From Bacteroidales bacterium (GTDB lineage Bacteria; Bacteroidota; Bacteroidia; Bacteroidales; WCHB1-69), in assembly GCA_047638115.1 (NCBI GenBank), contig JBLJBB010000048.1, forward strand, positions 8,606 to 72,605: DNA of 64,000 bases, written 5' to 3'. Below the pieces are notes generated by a model. The model ran no database searches. It saw only the letters and a list, made by a program, of their open reading frames with translations, and had not been told where the DNA came from. The stretch's first letter is position 1. Each line of letters begins with the position of its first letter. Shown in pieces: positions 46,299 through 53,184 of the stretch. Both the position numbers and the translations under genes were made by a program.

Positions 46299-46856
46299 AT
46301 GAACGAGCAAAAAAAAATACTTGAATCTCAAATAAGAGAAATATACGGAAGGGTGGTTTACACTCATAAAACACATGAAAAATGTGCTGATGTTCTTAAG
46401 AAAAGAAGTGATTATTTGAAGTTTGGTGAAATATTTCTGTCAGCCGTAACGACCACGAGTATTCTAGTAGTTCTTTTTGGAGATGGACAAATATTTCAGT
46501 TTTTAGCCGCATTATTTTCAACAATACTACTCGCATTAACACTCTATACTAAAGATTTCAACTTGTTGGGAATTGCTGAAAAACATAAACAAGCAGCATT
46601 AAATATTCTTGAAATAAGAGAAAAGCTTCTATCTTTACTTGTGGATATCAAGATTGGAAATAAAGAAATCGAAACACTTCAGCATAAAAGAGATGAACTA
46701 AACGAGCAACTTATAAATACTTACAGAGGTGCCCCAAAAACAATTAATAAAGCTTACCAAATTGCATCTATAGCATTAAAAGAAAATGAAGAATTTACTT
46801 TCTCTGACGAAGAAATTGATAAATTTTTACCGGATAGTTTAAAGAAAAATATTTAG
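46299..46856 (+). CDS. SLATT-like two-TM effector protein
   Basis: 185 aa. A helix, then adjacent TM helices FGEIFLSAVTTTSILVVLFG and IFQFLAALFSTILLALTLYT, then an amphipathic helical tail. Lies 15 nt after the NTase gene. Confidence 0.65.
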   Translation: MNEQKKILESQIREIYGRVVYTHKTHEKCADVLKKRSDYLKFGEIFLSAVTTTSILVVLFGDGQIFQFLAALFSTILLALTLYTKDFNLLGIAEKHKQAALNILEIREKLLSLLVDIKIGNKEIETLQHKRDELNEQLINTYRGAPKTINKAYQIASIALKENEEFTFSDEEIDKFLPDSLKKNI

Positions 46857-46867
46857 AATTTAAAATT

Positions 46868-48601
46868 ATGACCATATCAGAATTAAAACAGCTTAAAGAA
46901 AGCGAAGATAAAGTTGAGTTTAAAGCCGCCACACATAACTTTTCTTATGCAGGAAGCGACCACAGAGACCAGGAAGAAAGACGCAAGTGTTTTTTAGGGT
47001 ATGTGGTTGCATTCTCGAATGAGGGTGGTGGAAGGCTTATCTTAGGGATGTCAGACAATGAACCACATGATGTAGTGGGGAGTGATTTCGCACAGGGAAA
47101 AGTTGGAGCATTAGAAGATGAAACGTACAGCCGATTGGGCATCAGGGTGCGAATGGAAGAACACTCTGAAAATGAATTGCGGGTTTTAATTGCTCACATT
47201 CCCCCACGACCTGTTGGCAAGATGATGAAATTTGAAGGAGTGCCATTAATGAGAGTGGGTGAAAGTTTACGCAACATGAGCGATGAAGAGATGTTTGCCA
47301 TTCTTTCAGAACAAGAACCCGACTTTTCAGCCAAATTTTGCAAAGGCATCAACATAGCAGATTTAGATGATGCTGCAATTAAAAAAATGAAAGAGAGTTA
47401 TGCCCGCAAGCAAAAGAATCCGGGCTTCCTGCAGCTCAGCACTGAACAAGTTTTAACTGATTTAAAATTGCTCGAAAAGGGTAAACTTACCTATGCTGCA
47501 CTGGTTTTATTGGCAAAAAAAGAGGTTATTCACAATAAATTACCACAATGCAAAACCATTTGGGAGTTACGCAATAGCGAAGCACAAATACACTACGATA
47601 GCCGTGAGGTAATTGATGAACCTTTGTTTATAGCCATAGAAAGCATTTGGAAATTGATAAACCAACCTACACTCAACAAAAAACATCCAGTACAATCGGG
47701 AGCTTATATTTTCGATTTGTATGATTTTAACGAAGAAGTAATTCGCGAAGCTGTTCTCAATGCCATTGCCCATCGGGATTACACTATCACCAGCGAAACG
47801 GTTATAAAACAATATCCCAACAAAATTATCATTACCAACCCGGGAGGTTTCCCTAAAGGCGTAAATATTGAAAATATTCTTACGGTGAGTAGTACACCCA
47901 GAAGCCGTTTAATGACCGAAATTTTGGAAAAAACCGGCTTGGTAGAACGCAGTGGACAAGGAGTAGATAAAATTTTTTCTATCACTTTAACTGAAGGAAA
48001 GGCAGAACCCGACTATAAAAATTCAGACATGTTTCAGGTTTCGATTATGCTCCGAACAGAAATTATTGACAAGGCATTTCACGTATTTATAAGCCAATAT
48101 CAAAACAGCGATAAAGAACCTAAATTGGGCGTTGAGCAAATCATTACTCTATACAAAATCCACAACGGCATATTTCAAAACTTAAAATCAGAAATCGTAA
48201 GTCAGCTAGAAAAATCAGGGTTAATTGATAAAATTTCAGGACACACCACCCGATATACCTTGTCGCAAGAATACCATGCATTGGTAAATGATGATTTAAA
48301 GATTGGGAAAAGATATTTGGTAAAAGAGATAGAACTCATTCTTATGGCATTGCAAGGAAATGCTTTAAAAATGGGTAATCTAGAGGAAAATCTTAAATCT
48401 TCATTGAATCGAAATCAGATAAAGTACCTTACAGGAAAGTTATTTGAAGATGAGGTATTGAGCAAAGACGGCATAGGAAGTGGAACTTCCTATGCTATCC
48501 ATAAATCATTTTCTTCTCTTAGGGGCGAAGTTCTAATTCAAAATGTGATTTCATTTTTAAACAGTAAGTATGGGTCGGGCAATTCTCCAAAAGCAACTTA
48601 A
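46868..48601 (+). CDS. AlbA_2 (Schlafen-like) + HATPase_c_4 + wHTH protein (RecG-C-terminal-like putative regulator)
   Basis: ESEDKVEFKAA...GGGRLILGMSD (AlbA_2). REAVLNAIAHRDY, ITNPGGFP, ERSGQGVDKI (HATPase_c_4-type). Confidence 0.75.
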   Translation: MTISELKQLKESEDKVEFKAATHNFSYAGSDHRDQEERRKCFLGYVVAFSNEGGGRLILGMSDNEPHDVVGSDFAQGKVGALEDETYSRLGIRVRMEEHSENELRVLIAHIPPRPVGKMMKFEGVPLMRVGESLRNMSDEEMFAILSEQEPDFSAKFCKGINIADLDDAAIKKMKESYARKQKNPGFLQLSTEQVLTDLKLLEKGKLTYAALVLLAKKEVIHNKLPQCKTIWELRNSEAQIHYDSREVIDEPLFIAIESIWKLINQPTLNKKHPVQSGAYIFDLYDFNEEVIREAVLNAIAHRDYTITSETVIKQYPNKIIITNPGGFPKGVNIENILTVSSTPRSRLMTEILEKTGLVERSGQGVDKIFSITLTEGKAEPDYKNSDMFQVSIMLRTEIIDKAFHVFISQYQNSDKEPKLGVEQIITLYKIHNGIFQNLKSEIVSQLEKSGLIDKISGHTTRYTLSQEYHALVNDDLKIGKRYLVKEIELILMALQGNALKMGNLEENLKSSLNRNQIKYLTGKLFEDEVLSKDGIGSGTSYAIHKSFSSLRGEVLIQNVISFLNSKYGSGNSPKAT

Positions 48602-48755
48602 AATTCTCCAAAATATGGAAATCGTAAATAATTTAAATTCTCCAAAACAGATATTTATTTCTCCAAAATCATATACTAAATTTGTTTATTATGTTGTATA
48701 ACATTTATTTAAAAATTTATAATAATTCTCCAAAACAGGATTTCTATTCTCCAAA
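48582..48755 (+). promoter_or_regulatory. Six direct ATTCTCCAAA(A/G) repeats arranged as three pairs with 21-bp spacing
   Basis: Copies start at 48582, 48603, 48637, 48658 (TTTCTCC variant), 48724 and 48745. The first lies in the last codons of the upstream gene. Confidence 0.6.
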
Positions 48756-48893
48756 GAGGATGAAAACCATGCAGGATTCAATTCTCTGTATTGGATAATT
48801 TAGTATCTAAAAAATGGAAGAATTGAAAATATAGGGAGTTTTGTAAACCAAAATGGTCTCTTAAAAAGTAAAATTGAAAAAATTTAAGAGAGA

Positions 48894-48937
48894 ATTTATT
48901 AGAGGATTATTAGAGATTTATTAGAGGATTATTAGAG
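48894..48937 (+). repeat. Perfect 2 x 22-bp tandem (= 4 x TTATTAGAG at exact 11-bp spacing) upstream of hsdR
   Basis: atttattagaggattattagag occurs twice and ends 29 nt before the ATG at 48967. Confidence 0.85.
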
Positions 48938-48966
48938 ATTCAATTCTCAAAAAAAATTAAAAAATT

Positions 48967-51900
48967 ATGAATATACCAAGCTTTAAAGAAGATCATATCA
49001 GTCAAATTCCGGCTCTGCAAATGCTGGTGAATTTGGGTTATATTTATTTAAGTCCGGATGAAGCGGACAGACAAAGAGGGGGTAAAACAACCAACGTTTT
49101 ACTGGAAGATGTTTTACGAAAGCAGTTAAAGGAGATCAATAGCATCAAAGTGAGTGCTACTAAAACGGGCATTTTTACTGACGAAAATATCGAACGTGGA
49201 ATTTTAGCTTTGAAGAACCTTCCTTTGAATGATGGTTATATTGCAGCCAGCGAAAGAGCGTATAATCTTCTTACTTTAGGGCACTCTTTGGAACAAAGTA
49301 TTGATGGTGACAAAAAAAGTTTTACGCTTCAATATATTGACTGGAAAAACATCAACAACAATGTGTTTCATGTAACAGAAGAATACAGCGTAATGCGTAG
49401 CACAAGCAAAGAGCATTATCGTCCAGATTTGGTGCTATTTATAAATGGAATCCCCTTATGTATTATCGAATGCAAAAGACCGGATATGAAAGACCCATTG
49501 AAACAAGCGATTAGCCAGCATCTTCGGAGTCAACAGGAAGATGGAATTCGTAATTTATATATGTATTCTCAATTCATACTGAGTATTGCATCACAAGAAG
49601 CCTCTTTTGCAACCAATGCAACACCAGAGAAGTTTTGGGCAAAGTGGGAGGAGAAATTTAATAACAAAGAAGAAGAAGAACAATACAAATCAAATTTGAA
49701 TAAACTCAAAAACAAAGCGATTTCTAATGCAGTCAAGGAACAAATTTTTAAAGATCGATTCAGATATGTACGTCAATATTTTGACGCATTAGAGCAAGAG
49801 GATATCCAATTAACAGAACAGGATGTGTATTTATATGGATTGTGCAGACCTGAGAGATTGATAGAAATTGTTTTTAATTTTATTTTGTTCGACAATGGAG
49901 AGAAGAAAATTGCTCGTTACCAACAGTTTTTTGCAGTCAAAAAATCTATACAACGGATCAGAAACATGGAACATGGAAAACGAAAAGGGGGTGTAATCTG
50001 GCATACACAAGGGAGTGGAAAATCTCTAACTATGGTGATGCTCGCACAAGCTATTGCTTTAGAACCAACTATTCGTAATCCCAAAATTGTTTTGGTAACC
50101 GATCGTACCGATTTGGATAATCAGATTACAAGTACATTCCGTAAATGTGGCAAATTTGTTGAGAACGCGACAACAGGGCAGCGCTTGGTTGAATTATTGG
50201 AAAGTAAAAGTGATGCTGTTGTTACTACCATCATCAACAAATTTGTGGCTGCGGTTAAAAAAATAAGTAACCCCTTAGATAGCCCCGATATTTTTGTTTT
50301 AGTTGATGAAGGACACAGAACTCAGCATGGCATTTTTAATATCGATATGCAAAAGACTTTACCCAACGCATGTTTCATTGCCATGACCGGAACACCTCTT
50401 TTTAAAAAAGATAAAAGTACGGCAGAAAAATTTGGTGGATTAATTGATGACTACACCGTGGACAAAGCGGTCACTGACAAAGCGGTTGTCCCATTGCTCT
50501 ATGAAGGAAGGTTAGCATTACAAGATGTGAATGCAAATCCAATTGATACTTTTTTCGGGATGGTTGCTGAACCACTTAATGAATACCAAAAAGCAGACAT
50601 CAAAAAGAAGTTCGCCCGTTATGACCACTTGAACTCAGCGGAGCAGAAAATGCGCATGATTGCTTGGGATATCAGTTATCATTTTCGTGATAACTGGCAA
50701 GATAGTACCCCATTTAAAGGTCAATTGGTTTGCGATAAAAAAGTGAATGCCATCAAATACAAAGAATACTTGGATGAAATTAACATTGTGAGTAGCGAAG
50801 TATTGATATCATCTATTGATGAAAGGGAGGGAGAAGATAGTGCCTATGAAAAATCATCCGAAAAAGTGAATCAATTTTGGAAAAAAATGATGAATGAGCA
50901 TGGGAATGCTAAAAGTTATGAGAAGAATATCATCAATCGTTTTAAAAATCAGAAAGATCCTGAAATCATTATTGTTGTCGATAAACTCCTTACAGGATTT
51001 GACGAACCCAAAAACACTGTTTTATATCTCACCAGAAATTTACAAAATCATAAATTACTGCAAGCCATTGCACGGGTAAACCGAATTTATCCCGATAAAG
51101 AATTTGGGTATATTATTGATTATTATGGAGTTATTGAAAATCTAGATGATGCATTGTTGTTGTATTCCTCTTTTAAAGATTTTGATGACGATGATTTGGA
51201 AGGGACACTTACCAATATTAATGAGGAGATAAAAAAATTACCTCAAAACCATTCAAACCTTTGGGATATTTTTAAAACAATTGCTAACAAACGAGATGTC
51301 GAAGCATATCAACAACTATTGAAAGATGAAGCAATACGAGTTTTATTTTACGATAAATTAGCTGCCTTTGCTAAAAGCCTCAAAATAGCTTTATCTTCTA
51401 TTCAATTCCACAAAGAGGTTGAAGAAAAAACGATCAATCGTTATAAAGAAGATTTGACTATGTTTATGAAACTTCGTATTGCTGTAGCAAAAAGATATAG
51501 TGATACCATTGACTATAAACAATATGAAGGACAAATTCAAAAATTAATAGATACCCATATCACTACTGAGAAAATAGAAACCATCACGGAATTAGTGAAC
51601 ATTTTTGACAAGGATAAGTTTCAACAAGAAGTCGAAAACACAACCGGTAAAGTTGCCAAGGCAGATAAAATTGCCAGCAGAACTTCCAAACACATCAGTG
51701 AAAAGATGGATGAAGATCCGGCATTCTATAAAAAATTCTCACAAATGTTAAAAGAGACTATTGCAGAATATGAAGCTAAAAGAATTAGTGAAGCACTCTA
51801 TCTAAGTAGGGTTCAAGATATCATGAACCATGTTTTAGCTCATACAGACGATGATATTCCGGAGCAATTAAAAAATCGAGATGTAGCAAAAGCTTTTTTC

Positions 51901-52194
51901 GGGTTGACTGTTGAAGCACTTGCAGAAAAAATTCAAGATAATGTTATACGCAAAGAAGTATCAACACAAACAGCTTTGCAAATTGACAATATAATTCAAC
52001 AAACAATATTGGATAATGGCCAGCCTATAGTTGATTGGCAATATAAAACTAACATTACAGGAAAATTGTTTATTGAAATTGGGGACTATCTCATTGACGA
52101 AGTAAGAAATAAATATGATATAAACATCTCTTTTTCCGAAATGGACAAGATTGTTGACGACTGTATTGAAGTAGCAAAAATTCGTTATAAGTAA
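48967..52194 (+). CDS. hsdR: Type I restriction endonuclease, R subunit
   Basis: N-terminal PD-(D/E)xK (RPDLVLFINGIPLCIIECKRP). Helicase motifs HTQGSGKSLTM, VLVDEGHRTQ, MTGTPL. 1075 aa. Confidence 0.93.
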   Translation: MNIPSFKEDHISQIPALQMLVNLGYIYLSPDEADRQRGGKTTNVLLEDVLRKQLKEINSIKVSATKTGIFTDENIERGILALKNLPLNDGYIAASERAYNLLTLGHSLEQSIDGDKKSFTLQYIDWKNINNNVFHVTEEYSVMRSTSKEHYRPDLVLFINGIPLCIIECKRPDMKDPLKQAISQHLRSQQEDGIRNLYMYSQFILSIASQEASFATNATPEKFWAKWEEKFNNKEEEEQYKSNLNKLKNKAISNAVKEQIFKDRFRYVRQYFDALEQEDIQLTEQDVYLYGLCRPERLIEIVFNFILFDNGEKKIARYQQFFAVKKSIQRIRNMEHGKRKGGVIWHTQGSGKSLTMVMLAQAIALEPTIRNPKIVLVTDRTDLDNQITSTFRKCGKFVENATTGQRLVELLESKSDAVVTTIINKFVAAVKKISNPLDSPDIFVLVDEGHRTQHGIFNIDMQKTLPNACFIAMTGTPLFKKDKSTAEKFGGLIDDYTVDKAVTDKAVVPLLYEGRLALQDVNANPIDTFFGMVAEPLNEYQKADIKKKFARYDHLNSAEQKMRMIAWDISYHFRDNWQDSTPFKGQLVCDKKVNAIKYKEYLDEINIVSSEVLISSIDEREGEDSAYEKSSEKVNQFWKKMMNEHGNAKSYEKNIINRFKNQKDPEIIIVVDKLLTGFDEPKNTVLYLTRNLQNHKLLQAIARVNRIYPDKEFGYIIDYYGVIENLDDALLLYSSFKDFDDDDLEGTLTNINEEIKKLPQNHSNLWDIFKTIANKRDVEAYQQLLKDEAIRVLFYDKLAAFAKSLKIALSSIQFHKEVEEKTINRYKEDLTMFMKLRIAVAKRYSDTIDYKQYEGQIQKLIDTHITTEKIETITELVNIFDKDKFQQEVENTTGKVAKADKIASRTSKHISEKMDEDPAFYKKFSQMLKETIAEYEAKRISEALYLSRVQDIMNHVLAHTDDDIPEQLKNRDVAKAFFGLTVEALAEKIQDNVIRKEVSTQTALQIDNIIQQTILDNGQPIVDWQYKTNITGKLFIEIGDYLIDEVRNKYDINISFSEMDKIVDDCIEVAKIRYK

Positions 52195-52889
52195 TGAAAG
52201 ATTCAATTCAATTTGGAAGCAAAACCATTGTTTTTCAGTTAGAATATTCCGACAGAAAATCACTAGGTATTACAATAACACCGGAAATGGATGTACTAGT
52301 AAAAGTTCCTTTCGACTCTTCTATAGAAAAGGTAACAGAGAAAATCAGAAAGAAAGCACCTTGGATCATAAAACAACAAAGTTACTTTCTTTCATTTCAA
52401 CCAAGGACACCCCAACGCAAATATATCAGTGGAGAAACACATTTATATTTAGGAAGACAATATCGGTTGCAGGTTGAAATTGGTCACGAGGAATCGGTAA
52501 AGTTAAAAGGGAAATTCATTATTGTAATAGCAAAAGAAAAATCAAGAGCAAAAGAATTATTGCAAGATTGGTATCTAGAACACGCAAAAGCCAAATTTAA
52601 AGCCATTGCTACACCACTCATAGAAAAATTCAAAAAGTACAAAATCGAACCAACTTCAATTGTACTTCGAGATATGCCGACACGATGGGGTAGTTGTACG
52701 CCTTTAGGAAAAATTATGTTAAATCCCGAATTGATTAAAGCCCCAAAAGGGTGTATTGAATATGTTATCATTCACGAACTGTGCCATTTAATTCACCATT
52801 CCCACTCACAGAAATTTTTTGATTTACAAACAAAAGAAATGAAAGACTGGGAAAAGTGGAAAATAAAGTTGGAAAAATTATTAGCTTAA
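52194..52889 (+). CDS. DUF45/YgjP-like (M48-type, SprT-like) zinc metallopeptidase
   Basis: RWGSCTPLGKIMLNPELI...YVIIHELCHLIHHSHSQKFF. TAATG overlap with hsdR. Confidence 0.8.
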   Translation: MKDSIQFGSKTIVFQLEYSDRKSLGITITPEMDVLVKVPFDSSIEKVTEKIRKKAPWIIKQQSYFLSFQPRTPQRKYISGETHLYLGRQYRLQVEIGHEESVKLKGKFIIVIAKEKSRAKELLQDWYLEHAKAKFKAIATPLIEKFKKYKIEPTSIVLRDMPTRWGSCTPLGKIMLNPELIKAPKGCIEYVIIHELCHLIHHSHSQKFFDLQTKEMKDWEKWKIKLEKLLA

Positions 52890-52922
52890 TTGATAATAAA
52901 TCCAAGTTGTCAATTATATTAA

Positions 52923-52944
52923 AAAACCGCGTCAGCGGTTTTTT
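52923..52944 (+). terminator. Terminator of the R-M operon
   Basis: aaccgc gtca gcggtt followed by tttt. It abuts the inner end of R4. Confidence 0.65.
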
Positions 52945-53122
52945 GCGTGAGGGATGCGAAAGGCGCCGAAGGCGGTGCGAACTGGAACGAGCGCCGTGAT
53001 GAATGATCCATGATGACGATCTTATCTTAAGCGTAGTGCAGTGAAGCACGGGAGCGAAGCGAACCCTGGAGCAAGCCCGACGGCGTGGGTGGGATTCGTG
53101 TGTCGGGAAAGCCGGCACGCCC
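52945..53122 (-). repeat. G+C-rich interspersed element, copy R4 (inverted)
   Basis: The reverse complement reads gggcgtgccggc...atcccacccacgccgtcgggcttgctccagggttcgcttcgctcccgtgcttcactgca...caccgccttcggcgcctttcgcatccctcacgc. Confidence 0.85.
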
Positions 53123-53125
53123 AAA

Positions 53126-53160
53126 AATAGTGAATAACTAATAGTGAATAATGAATAATA
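53126..53160. repeat. Heptamer tandem array AATA(G/A)(T/C)(G/T/A) x5 (reverse complement of the CAYTATT array)
   Basis: aatagtg aataact aatagtg aataatg aataata, directly outside R4. Confidence 0.8.
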
Positions 53161-53163
53161 TTG

Positions 53164-53184
53164 TCTGTTGACCGTTGACTGATT
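53164..53184. repeat. Degenerate heptamer array (T/A)C(T/C)GTTG x ~3
   Basis: tctgttg accgttg actgatt, ending at the mutS stop. Confidence 0.5.

Noticed and set aside
48582-48937. Possible CRISPR array suggested by repeated ATTCTCCAAA and TTATTAGAG motifs
   Set aside because: The repeats are only 9-11 bp long. The spacing is irregular (21/34/66 bp) or back-to-back (11 bp). There are no spacer-like unique 30-40-mers and no cas genes. They are better explained as regulatory direct repeats.
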